Position numbers and translations under genes: made by a program | Virus record (IMG/VR): IMGVR_UViG_3300044675_002751 | Span: 1-64,000 of that record | Source of the DNA: a virus | Length of the DNA stretch: 64,000 nucleotides | Reading direction: 5' to 3' (one strand) | The notes under the pieces: model-generated | Told to the model about the DNA's origin: nothing | What the model saw: only the letters and a program-made list of their open reading frames with translations | Database searches by the model: none | In this document: in pieces, positions 45,101 through 54,700 of the stretch | Numbering within the stretch: position 1 is the stretch's first letter | How the letters are laid out: every line of letters starts with the position of its first letter

Positions 45101-48100
45101 TTTATCTTACCCTTACTCTTGTCTCTGTTAATCTTAATACCAATGTTTGGTTGGAAAATTGTAAGTTTATCAATGTCAAAGTCAGCACCAGACTTGGCTA
45201 CGATTTCTGCAGGAGGAACAATGATAGACCCGGCTTCTTCAGGCAGGAACTCATACACCTCCATGAACTCCATGGAGTTTAATCCCTGTACGGGAATACG
45301 TACACCCACCATAGTGATCATCTTACGGTTATCACCTTTGTCTAGCCACTGGTCATCTTTGATCATCTCGTTAAGACGCTCACGGGTGCCGATCTTCTGG
45401 CCGTCATTGTGTTTCAGGTTAAGAAGTTTATAGTAATCACCCTTCAGAGAGATCTTCACCTTCATTGCGGTGGTCTTACCGCGTTTACCATTTTTATCTT
45501 TTTCACCAGGACGGTAAGTAGGTAGGTCGTTAGTACCACGATATTTCTTGATTTCTTCTTCTGAAGGATTGGTATAACGGTTACGAGATTCAAAACCGGC
45601 ACCAGATACCTGGACCAACATCTCACCATTCATCTTTTGTTTGACTAAACGCTTTACAACTATATTGTTTAGCATCTTCTCAATCTTCTCAGCGTTTAGT
45701 GAAAAGCTAAGATCTGTAAAGCTTCCTGATTCCAAGCTCTCTCGTACAAAGTCAATCTCATGTTCTGGCAATTCCAAACGCTCCATTTCACGAGCTACAA
45801 ACTCTAAAAGACTACGCATACTACCAGTAAGTTCCCCAGATGCATTCTCTTTCCAGCCAACTTGCTTTAAGAGTTCCTGCTTCTTATACTCCTGCATCTC
45901 TTCCAGCAAACCTTCGAAGTCTTTTACCAGTTTATCAAAGTCACCGGTAAGGGCAAAACCCTGTTTAAAAGTATCATTGATAATCAGCTTTCTAAGCTGC
46001 GTAGAAAATACAGTCTTATTTTTCCATGTAGACTGGATGTCGACTTGGTCTTTTAAATACTGTATAAAAATGTCATTAGGAGTGTAAGTAGGTTCACCCT
46101 CGTTCCATGGTTTTACAACACGGTTGTTGTAGTCATCATTCTCATATAAAGAGTCAGGCTTTCCATTAGAAGTGATAGTAGCTAGCTTTGATCCAGATTC
46201 AAACAATGCATAATCTACACCCTGCTTAACAAGGTTATCATGAAACACTTCCATGTTAGTTCCTTTTACCAGACTTGGGATAAGTGGTACCAAAGAGAAT
46301 TTATGGAATCCTTGTACATGTAGTTTCTCAGTCTTTACAGGACCAGCGTATTGGAACTTCTTGGTTGGGAAGAACTCAGTGATCTCAGCAGGATCTACTT
46401 GCTCACCAGCAATAATTCTATTGTAAAGATCATTCTGTTTTTCAGACCATGCACCTTCTAGTATAGAAAGTATTCTGTATGCATCAAAAGTAATCCAGCC
46501 CTGACCATCACCTTCTGTCATTTTCTCATATGGTTCAAGAATCTTAATGGCTTCCTCTTTACTATATTTTTCTGTAAGAGCTTCTAAGTATTCTTTATAA
46601 TAAACAGACGGTACATTATTATCTTTAAAGACCGCTGTTCTGATTGTACCATCGAAGCTTCTTTCGTTGGCACCAATAGCACGGGCATAACCACGACCTA
46701 GGTTGTTTATAAACTGATTAACAGCTTCATCACTGGCAAAGATCCTACCAGTAGAACCAATAGACGCATTACGTTTATGAAACTCTTCTTTGTTATGATT
46801 ATATAAAGCTAGATCTCCATAAAAAAGAGACACCATTTCCATATTGTGAATCAGAGCATTAACCGTAAATGCCTTGATAGCTACATCCTGCAGCATTGCT
46901 GTCTGGTCTTCACCTACAGCTACAGAAACGTCTTTACGTATATAAGAAGCTATATCTTTTCCATCTCTTGAGCTGTGTAAAAGCTCAGGAGAAATAAAAG
47001 GCATTTCCTGGAAAAACTTCATATTTTCCTCAAACAGTCCGTTTAGATATACACGGATATCATCTGTAATCTTTTGTTTGATCTCGGGTGCATTAATAAC
47101 TGATAAAGAGTCATCAGCATTAGCCATTTTTTTAAGCTGCTCCTTAGTATTGATTAAAATGTCATCAAACATCATAAACTCTTGACCACGCTCGTTAAAT
47201 CCTGGGATGTTTGGAACCTGTCCTTGTTTGATGATAGCCATACGCTCCATCTCAGCTGCAATCTTTGGTAAAAGAAGGTCTACACTATGACTTAACCAAT
47301 TACCTTTTGCACCACCTTCTTTCTCATAAAAATGACCAGGGCTGATATAAAGATGACGGGTATCCTTTGTATTAAATGGAGAGTTAATCTTAGATACGCT
47401 TATGCCATAAGCAGTTGACTTAGATGCATGCCTTGGTAGTTCCATTATACCTTGCCCAAGCATAGTATGAATGTCAAACAAAAACTTAGATGCTGGATCT
47501 AGGTTAGTAGTTTTAATACCAGACTGAACACTTTGTCCACCAGCTATTGTTTCTATAACACTCTTAATACCATCTAGGTTAACAATGTTCATAGTCACAA
47601 AACCACTGGACAAGTTAGTTCCATCAGCAATACGCTTATTTTTATTAGCCATATCTACTAACTTACCACTTGGTATACTAAACATAGAGTTTAGCAGTAT
47701 TGCGTACTTTGCGTGAGGATTTCTACGAAAGTCTAAATGTTGCAAATGGGCATATTGAACTAGCCCTCTTTTTTTAGTCGGATTATCTTTATCAAGGCTA
47801 TCATCTTCATCAACACTATAATCTAACTCAGGATTATTTATATCGTTAAGCAACTTAGTAATAGAGTTATTTAAAGAAAGGTCGTATACAATGTCACCGT
47901 TTACGTTAGTAACAGCATTGTTAGTGTACTTACCGCTATCCTGTGCTTCTATAGATAGAATCTTATTTACATTGGAAGACTCACCTCCTTTAGGTCCTGC
48001 TTTACGTAGTGCGTTTATAGGGTTGGACGGCATCTGGTTTTTCTCTGCCATCCACTTTACAGCGTTGTACAGGAATCCAATAGACTTATAGTTATCTCTT

Positions 48101-51100
48101 ATCTGTTCCCTAATAGCGTTATTATCTGTAAGGAAGAAACCTATGGATCTCAAAAACTGCAAAGCTTTTTCCTCATTAATAATAATATTGTCTTTACCAA
48201 ATATTTGATAATATGGAAAGTCTTTAATAACCTGTTTAGTGTTCAGCTCATTACCAGCTGCAGACTTGTTAATATATGCACCACGGGGCATTCCCTGAAA
48301 CTGTGATACAAATGTTTTTTCTACCTGGCGGAACTGGGGAGATACTTCTGAAAACTCAAAACTAAATCCACCTTCACTGTCAGATATCAAACGTCCTTCT
48401 TTAATAGGTACTCTGTATACAGAAAAGTCTCTAAAGAAGTTGATCCATATCTTCATGTATGGCCAGTTCTTAGTTTGTGTATGGTCCAACGGATTACGCA
48501 TTCGGTCCACCAAGGCCTTTAGCTCAGGAAAACGTTGAGAAGCTTCTGATAACTTACCATACATCTGGTTAGTTGTATTAGAACCAGCCACTGTATTTAT
48601 TACAATACTCCAGGTTTTGTTAAAGTCAACCAATTTGGGTACACCTAAAGCATTAAGTACAGGATTACCTTTCCTATCTACTTGAGGAAGACTTTTGATA
48701 AGATATACTATCTCGTTAGATGCAAGTTCACGTACAGAGAGTTCGTTACCCTTACGCTCAAAAGCGTTCTGTCCATACTCTTCACGCATCTGCTGTTCGG
48801 TCTTAGCCAGGGGATTTTCTGTGTCTTTAACTTCAGCAGCTTCTTCATTTACACTTTGGTCATACCCATCCATATCAACCACCCTGTCTTCAAATGTGAA
48901 GTAAGAGCTTCTTTTCTTATGGAAAGCAATGACACCAGTAGTTTGTTCACCCTTTGCCACCTTGGAGAAATCTCCCCAGTTTGCAAGAGCAAAGTCTAGA
49001 ATACGTGCTGCAGCAGGTTTATCTACCAAATCTTCTCTCAGCTTTTCTAACTTATTTTTAATATCTATCTCATAAAGTGGACCTATTAACTCAGGCCTGG
49101 TAAATATTGATCCAATGCTAAATTTGTAATCAGAAAGTGTAGATGCTATTAAAGAGTCTATAGTTTCTACTAGTGTAATAGAATCCTGGTAGTTCAGTGA
49201 CTCATCCACCTTTGGATCTACAGCCTCCATTCCTTTATTAAGAACACCAAACTGTACGTTCTTTATAGAAGGTGTATAATCATTGATGTCTCCTATATAT
49301 AGTTTATCATATAGTTCTTGAATACCTTTAACAGCAGTACGGTCAGCAGCTATGTCTTTAAAGCTGTATCCGCTAAACAACTGCTTTAGAAAGTTCCATA
49401 TCTTTCTAAAGAGGCTATTACGTACAGGACGTCCATTAATAACATTCTTACGGTCAGAGAGTACGTACTTTCTAAAGTCTTCTGCCATAAACTCTTCCAG
49501 CTGCATATCAGTGGCTGCACTAAACTTTACAGTGCGTCCGTCAGCAGTTTTAAAACTACCAGTAAGTTTACGGGCTTCATTATAAAGAGCTTTCTTCTGC
49601 TCTTTAGTTAAGAACATCTGTGAGAAAGCATGCCAACCCTCATGATAAAGATCTGTAAAGTTAGATCCGCTCCATAGTGTAATACCAGAAACAGTAAACT
49701 CAGCTAGTGCATTGGAGTTTACTACATTAAACATTACCTGAAAAGGAACAATCTTAGATAGTGGTGAGTTATTATACCACTTTTCAGCAGCATCAATCTG
49801 CTCTTTGGTAGCTGTACTATCAAGTAGTAAAGACTTTTTTAAAGAAAAGTCTGTACGGTCAAGCAATGCTTTAAACGCACTGACTGGGGTATCTGTAGGT
49901 GTAGACTGCTCTAAAGAAGAAGTTTGTTCTTTAGGCTGAACCTTTACCTCACCAAAAATCTTTTTCTGTGTTTCTGCAGTAGGGAATATAGTATTATAAG
50001 CATTAAGGCTTACTATCTTACCCTCCTCATTTTTAGCCAGGTTAGTATAAAAGTTATCAGCCAAAAAGTTATTATAACGCTCTGGCTGCAGTGTCACCTT
50101 ACCATCCAGGTTAACCGGCATATTAAAAGTTGTACCAACTAAGTCTTTATTAATGTTTACAGTTTGAGTGTTCAGGTTTGTTACAAACTTGTCCTTGTTC
50201 TCAGCTGTCACCTCAAAGGTCTCTCCACCTTGTTTGATCATAAGCTTACCATCTATCTCAAAGATGTTTGTATCATTAGAGAAAGTAAACTGCTTTAGTG
50301 TTTTGATCTTGTCAATATTGGAAACGTCAGCGTTAAAGATCATATCAGCCAGGTTCGGTACTAGGCTAGGTATGTTCTGAAACTTAGGTCTGCGTATAAG
50401 AAGCGGAAACTCGTAATCTGGTACATTAAAATAAACACCCCCGTTAATAAGAATACCAGTTTCTTGGTTAGAAATCCAAGGTTTAAAACCTTCAGGTAGC
50501 TCAATAGAACTTATAGAATTTTTCTTAGAAAAGTCTTCCTTTACATAACCGTTCTTACCTGGACTAACAGAAAACAATAACACCTGACTTGGGTTAGATA
50601 TAATAAACTGTCTTGATTTTTCCAAGACATCCATTTCCTGGTTACGTTCTTTAGTAAGTTCTTCCACTGTACCAAAACCTTTTCGTACAAGATCTGCTAC
50701 AGTTTGTACACGACCCACCATACGCTGACCTGCCACTTGTCCTTTAGCCTCGTTGCTCTTAGACGGTGTATATGGTCTACGCATCTTTCCATAAGCAATG
50801 ACACCCTTATCTTTTTCTACAGGAGTTCCCTGTTGGTCAAAGTATAAAATATTACCCTGCTTGTCAGAAAATACAAGATATGTTTCATCACCTTTATCCC
50901 TCTGCTCCATTTTCTGCTGAGCTGTTTTAGCAAACGGGGTTCCTGCAGCATCATCTGTAGAATAGTATTGTTTGTCTGCCTCTTGTAATTGATCAAATGG
51001 AATCATAGAAGCAGGTATCAATCTTAAGTAGATACCAGTTACATTACCCAGAGTTAGTTTATCAGCTGTAGGTCTGTTGTACTGACTCATCAGATTGTTG

Positions 51101-51702
51101 AGCTTCCTTACTACAGCATAGTAGGCACGTTTAACTGGATCCGGATCTGGTATATTCTGTTCTGCCTTTACTCCACCATAAGCTTTAGCTTCTTGGTTAA
51201 ATACAGCAAAAGCTGTTTCCGGGGCGGCAACAAAACTAATTTCAGAGTTTAGTAATGCTTTTTTCTTTTCCTCATCCTTTTTTTCAATTTCTGTGTACCC
51301 ATCTGTCGGTAGCACACCTGTAGAAGGGTTGCTTTCCTCTATAATTTCAGCCGCTGCTTCATTAGTTGCTAAGGCAGGTTGAAGAAACTTAGCTACGTTT
51401 TGTATGTCAGCATTAAAGTCTGCGTCTAACTGATCAAGCTCAGAAAGATTTACAGCACTTTTTCTCATATGAGCTTTACTATCTTCAAACATAGCATAGC
51501 TCAGTAGCAACATACTTGGCATATGCTGTATGTAGTCCATAGCATTTGCCTGCTCTGCACCAGCATCAACGAGTGTTTTATACAAGTCTCGGATAGCTTG
51601 TAAAGCATTAAAATTATCACCACGATTTTTAGAAGCAATGACTGCTCCGTGTACAACACCAAATAGTGATGATATCTGATCTTCTGATAATCTACAAGCC
51701 AT
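42103..51702 (-). CDS. Virion-encapsidated single-chain RNA polymerase (phi14:2 gp66-like), with N-terminal zincin motif
   Basis: GADFDIDKL catalytic loop (45169-45183), RIP.QG..SM, DGQG, STQ.RK; YHEGWH..EE.MAE.F. Confidence 0.9.
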   Translation of the reverse strand: MACRLSEDQISSLFGVVHGAVIASKNRGDNFNALQAIRDLYKTLVDAGAEQANAMDYIQHMPSMLLLSYAMFEDSKAHMRKSAVNLSELDQLDADFNADIQNVAKFLQPALATNEAAAEIIEESNPSTGVLPTDGYTEIEKKDEEKKKALLNSEISFVAAPETAFAVFNQEAKAYGGVKAEQNIPDPDPVKRAYYAVVRKLNNLMSQYNRPTADKLTLGNVTGIYLRLIPASMIPFDQLQEADKQYYSTDDAAGTPFAKTAQQKMEQRDKGDETYLVFSDKQGNILYFDQQGTPVEKDKGVIAYGKMRRPYTPSKSNEAKGQVAGQRMVGRVQTVADLVRKGFGTVEELTKERNQEMDVLEKSRQFIISNPSQVLLFSVSPGKNGYVKEDFSKKNSISSIELPEGFKPWISNQETGILINGGVYFNVPDYEFPLLIRRPKFQNIPSLVPNLADMIFNADVSNIDKIKTLKQFTFSNDTNIFEIDGKLMIKQGGETFEVTAENKDKFVTNLNTQTVNINKDLVGTTFNMPVNLDGKVTLQPERYNNFLADNFYTNLAKNEEGKIVSLNAYNTIFPTAETQKKIFGEVKVQPKEQTSSLEQSTPTDTPVSAFKALLDRTDFSLKKSLLLDSTATKEQIDAAEKWYNNSPLSKIVPFQVMFNVVNSNALAEFTVSGITLWSGSNFTDLYHEGWHAFSQMFLTKEQKKALYNEARKLTGSFKTADGRTVKFSAATDMQLEEFMAEDFRKYVLSDRKNVINGRPVRNSLFRKIWNFLKQLFSGYSFKDIAADRTAVKGIQELYDKLYIGDINDYTPSIKNVQFGVLNKGMEAVDPKVDESLNYQDSITLVETIDSLIASTLSDYKFSIGSIFTRPELIGPLYEIDIKNKLEKLREDLVDKPAAARILDFALANWGDFSKVAKGEQTTGVIAFHKKRSSYFTFEDRVVDMDGYDQSVNEEAAEVKDTENPLAKTEQQMREEYGQNAFERKGNELSVRELASNEIVYLIKSLPQVDRKGNPVLNALGVPKLVDFNKTWSIVINTVAGSNTTNQMYGKLSEASQRFPELKALVDRMRNPLDHTQTKNWPYMKIWINFFRDFSVYRVPIKEGRLISDSEGGFSFEFSEVSPQFRQVEKTFVSQFQGMPRGAYINKSAAGNELNTKQVIKDFPYYQIFGKDNIIINEEKALQFLRSIGFFLTDNNAIREQIRDNYKSIGFLYNAVKWMAEKNQMPSNPINALRKAGPKGGESSNVNKILSIEAQDSGKYTNNAVTNVNGDIVYDLSLNNSITKLLNDINNPELDYSVDEDDSLDKDNPTKKRGLVQYAHLQHLDFRRNPHAKYAILLNSMFSIPSGKLVDMANKNKRIADGTNLSSGFVTMNIVNLDGIKSVIETIAGGQSVQSGIKTTNLDPASKFLFDIHTMLGQGIMELPRHASKSTAYGISVSKINSPFNTKDTRHLYISPGHFYEKEGGAKGNWLSHSVDLLLPKIAAEMERMAIIKQGQVPNIPGFNERGQEFMMFDDILINTKEQLKKMANADDSLSVINAPEIKQKITDDIRVYLNGLFEENMKFFQEMPFISPELLHSSRDGKDIASYIRKDVSVAVGEDQTAMLQDVAIKAFTVNALIHNMEMVSLFYGDLALYNHNKEEFHKRNASIGSTGRIFASDEAVNQFINNLGRGYARAIGANERSFDGTIRTAVFKDNNVPSVYYKEYLEALTEKYSKEEAIKILEPYEKMTEGDGQGWITFDAYRILSILEGAWSEKQNDLYNRIIAGEQVDPAEITEFFPTKKFQYAGPVKTEKLHVQGFHKFSLVPLIPSLVKGTNMEVFHDNLVKQGVDYALFESGSKLATITSNGKPDSLYENDDYNNRVVKPWNEGEPTYTPNDIFIQYLKDQVDIQSTWKNKTVFSTQLRKLIINDTFKQGFALTGDFDKLVKDFEGLLEEMQEYKKQELLKQVGWKENASGELTGSMRSLLEFVAREMERLELPEHEIDFVRESLESGSFTDLSFSLNAEKIEKMLNNIVVKRLVKQKMNGEMLVQVSGAGFESRNRYTNPSEEEIKKYRGTNDLPTYRPGEKDKNGKRGKTTAMKVKISLKGDYYKLLNLKHNDGQKIGTRERLNEMIKDDQWLDKGDNRKMITMVGVRIPVQGLNSMEFMEVYEFLPEEAGSIIVPPAEIVAKSGADFDIDKLTIFQPNIGIKINRDKSKGKIKELSTKYPDLDFSMDNINIILDAAENDFSVYELTEDEQKVYKVLLQEATDELPTYIKGKGLKSSENKVVEKIREILEHPDNFDALIRPNNTDLVKGVADELASENIQGYDPFAVKTGKPRTAIIKGKETKVISPTRVLEPRYNMFVHDRTNIGKKTLGIGAVDNAYSSIFKRVGARLEKTYTHYNFNKETGQIDLSKKPQVRPINIRMKHNTMTEKGEEYISLSDINTVTMDKVSDLIGQLMNGWVDIEKDAWIFNINGNNIAGPVLLFMLEAGVDFRTAAYFVSQPLVVDYIKEMYKVESPFYNAANPENQASSQKGLRKFGIKKDFYTRLGIGALTKDGNLTNDLLYKAIENFNKNRTYDVASLEKVIKSKDRNSPEAIAGLLHFIELEEVTKQLTNIKLTVNVDTAPSKSLFAATERLDKIEGLEYVDAVPENMKDKILTDSPISSFLVQKFQLGILKPLMQLRGDAQINSFLLSKVKSRSFATAFPIAEKFVATFHNDLPMYLLQNYLKGVDINNIKEYKGLSVKQALPVKNVQLRQGAFVKDGVMYLDFNQIESDFNTKAFAGQGYKSQGLATVDAETFNMGGNYQNLQEYIHFVMEREHLRSITPVGNESREVYEQKLATRALELSFNFYHMLKAPGVSIADQFLAIKAKYPQLAEQYMIFDQLGYVNEGAKADSEGNVVQSNNKKLKTLKLTSSRTDKDLANVLHENLVRLADPMTVKVENPVQNAEISRFFNRMIVAEYIRAGATKSSNNLASILPKDTLLKLMAEPLKEITEMKDKSKLLNDYFKRFTDIWNTSNSSTRQRFRNYLYTPDVSSVSTSSTDGTQLTKNIQGLFVYPSIAGAGSAKALLEKNSSIMLVYPNFKDSKDVFGVMQKANNSISFPITQDGKKVLSDETFEENAKMINDAITAIETQYENGNEVAFPEQGLTVVNGKDMLAAAPRTKNYMVLELYKRLNYVMPGSETDAALRKQMQSNQDITDEMVDEFMKKCFGE

Positions 51703-51705
51703 TGC

Positions 51706-54700
51706 TTACTTTGTTTTACATCCTAGGTTCTGAAGAAGATTGTTAAGATTTTGCTGGTTATCTGTACCTGCAGCTTTAGCCGCATTCTCTCCTGCTTGTT
51801 TTACTGCAGCAGAATTTTGTGTAAATGCACTTTTAGTATCCTGTGAAGCCTCGACTTCTTTTTTATCTTGCGGGGTTATTTCTATATCTGGGGTGGGTTC
51901 CATAGAGACAGCTTTACCAGGTTCAACATTAGAGATTTTCTGAGACAGGTCTTTGGCAGCAATAACTTCTGCAACACTCTGTGAACTACCGGCAATCTTT
52001 ACACTTACTTCGTTATTGTTTACAGATTTTACAAAGCCTTTTCTACCGTCTACAAATGTAACTATATCACCTTTCTGTAGATCTTTTGGGGATATGTTCT
52101 GTAGAAGTTCTCCACGTCTTTTAGCAAGCATTGTAGTTATATCTTTACTCTTAGCTTGACCAGTAGAGATAAGCTCAATAAGATCTATTGTAATTGGTTT
52201 ACTATCTGCTTTAGATAAATCAGGAAGGTCTTTAATAGAAGATACAGAATCTATAAGTTCCTGAGCTTTTTGAGAACCTGTTTTTTCTGCAGGTCCAGGC
52301 TTTTCTGTTTCATCTACTTCAGGAGTAGTTTCAGCAGGTTTAGCTCCTTCTAAAGCAGCTAGTTCTGCGTTATATTTAGTATTTAAAGCATCAACTGCAT
52401 CTTGATACTTTTTAATGTAAGTAGTTTCATCTACTCCAAGTTTCTTAGCATCATCCTTTAAATTAGCCTGGTTAGGAAGCTGCCACTTATTAGTACTGGC
52501 ATTCCAAAATGATTTACTAACTAAGTAATTATTGTCTCTATCTACAATAGCAGCAATCTTTTCATTCTTATCTGCATACGCAAATAGACCATTGCCTAAA
52601 TCTATATAAACACCGTTAGGTAGTGCTTGAGATAAAGGAATGCTGCCTGAGATTGTACCATATAGTGTTTTTTCTATATCAGCTTTCTTATCAGAAACTT
52701 GTGTAACAACAGGTTCTGTACGAGCTGTTCCTTGTGCTTGTGCAAGAGGAGAATCGTTAGGTTGAAGAACAGCCGTTGTAGTACTTGTTGTGGCTGGCGT
52801 AGCTGCTGCTGCAGGTTGAGCTTTTCCTTTGTTAAACTGAGCTTTAATCCTAGCAGCTCTTGGGGAAATACGTACAAACTCATCAAAGCTCATTTCTGAA
52901 CCATACTCTTCTATGTATTGATTATAAGCGTCCTCAAGTTTAAGTTGAAGTTCAGGATCTAAAACTTCTGCAGCAGGTGTCGTAGTACTAGTAGTATCAG
53001 CTGGTTTAGAGTCTTGAGTAGCTACTGGTTTTTCAACAACTGGGTCAGCTGTAACAGGAGGAGCATCATCTCTAATCTGATCATCTATTTCCAAAATAGC
53101 CTGTACTGCAGCATACTTAGGTGAACTAGGATCCAGATCTTTTAATGTACCAGCATCAATAAACGTAGTAGGTTTTTTACCTGTACGTACGAACTCTTGA
53201 AGTTCTTCAGGATCCAACATTACTCCCTGAGCAGTTATTGCTTTAATAAGCTCATTCATTTCCATAATACGCTGACCACGCTCTATACGGGTAGCTGTGT
53301 CTGCTTCTCTATTTTGAAACAAGTCCGTTAACTTAGCATTTAATCTTTCAGCATGCTTAAAAAGATTACCAGGGTCCAGTAGGTTATTAACTATTTGATT
53401 ATAATTACGAGCATTACTATTTAGATTATAGTAGTCTAATAGTTTTACAAAAGAGTCATCAATCTTATCATCAAATACGTAATCACTATTTACAGCAGCT
53501 ATCTGCTTTAAATAAGCTTTATAACTTTCTTTTAAAGGATCAATAGTGTCTTGTCCAAACTGTATAATAATCTGACCGTTCTCTTCTACCTCAGTAGTGT
53601 TTGCTTTTTCAAGATGGGTACGAAGCTTATCTCTATAATCCATTAACCGGTCAAGTCTTTCTTTCTTTTGCTCTCCTAGTTTCTTTTGTTCAGGTTCTGT
53701 AATTGCCTGGTAGGATTTAACTTCTTTGTCAAGAAGAGATATTTCATTATCAAGAACATCTAAACTTGTAAGGACAGTAAAGTCTGATGAAGAAGCTTTT
53801 GATACAGGACGGTTGCTAGCAAGATCACTATATAAACCATTCATTCTTTGTAACGAACGGTCAAAGTTATACTGAGAAGCAATAGCTGTTTTCTTTGCTG
53901 CTTCAAATGCTCTGAAGGCAATAGCTTCCTGAGTAAACTCAGGAGTGCCTTTCTTTATCTTGTTAGGTGTAAATGGATTCTTAAACTGCTTACTGATAGT
54001 ATCATATCTATGTTTTATTTCTTCAGCACGTGATATGATCTCTTGAAGTTTCTCTGTATTTTTAGCTGACTCAGGTGTACCAAGAAAATTAGCAAGTTCT
54101 TTACTATCAAGTTTAGAAAGTTCCTTGTAGTTATCTATTAATCCTTCAAATGTTCCGTTGTCCAGAGCAGTAAAGATGTGGTCAAACATCTTTAAATCTT
54201 TAGCATCCTGGAATGTTTTAGCATCCCCTGCAGCCTCAGCTTGGTTCATCACATCTGAAGTGTGTTTCTGTACAACAGCACTCTCGTTAGTAGAACTAAA
54301 ATATTTAAGAGGATTTTTATAAAGTTCATTTAACCCATCAATAGCTTCTTGACGTGTTTTCTGTTTGTTAGCTTTAAATTCAGCATACTTTTTTGGCTGA
54401 GCCACTCTATAATAAATACTAGGTACATCTTTAAGGAAAAGATTCTGAGCTTTTCCCATAAACCCTCCCATAAGAAATCCTGAAGCAAAAGTGTCTAGTC
54501 CACGAGTAGACGTAAATTCTTTACTGATTGCATCCCACGCATGACCAGCAGCATAATCAAAACCACCTAGTGTAGGATCTTTATATACTCCATCATAGTA
54601 TGCACTAACAGCATCTGATGTTACATTCTGTAAGTTTTCCTGAATACCCTCAGCAAAGTTTCTTCTAAAGTAACTTAATCCCATGCCAACATAAGCCTTT

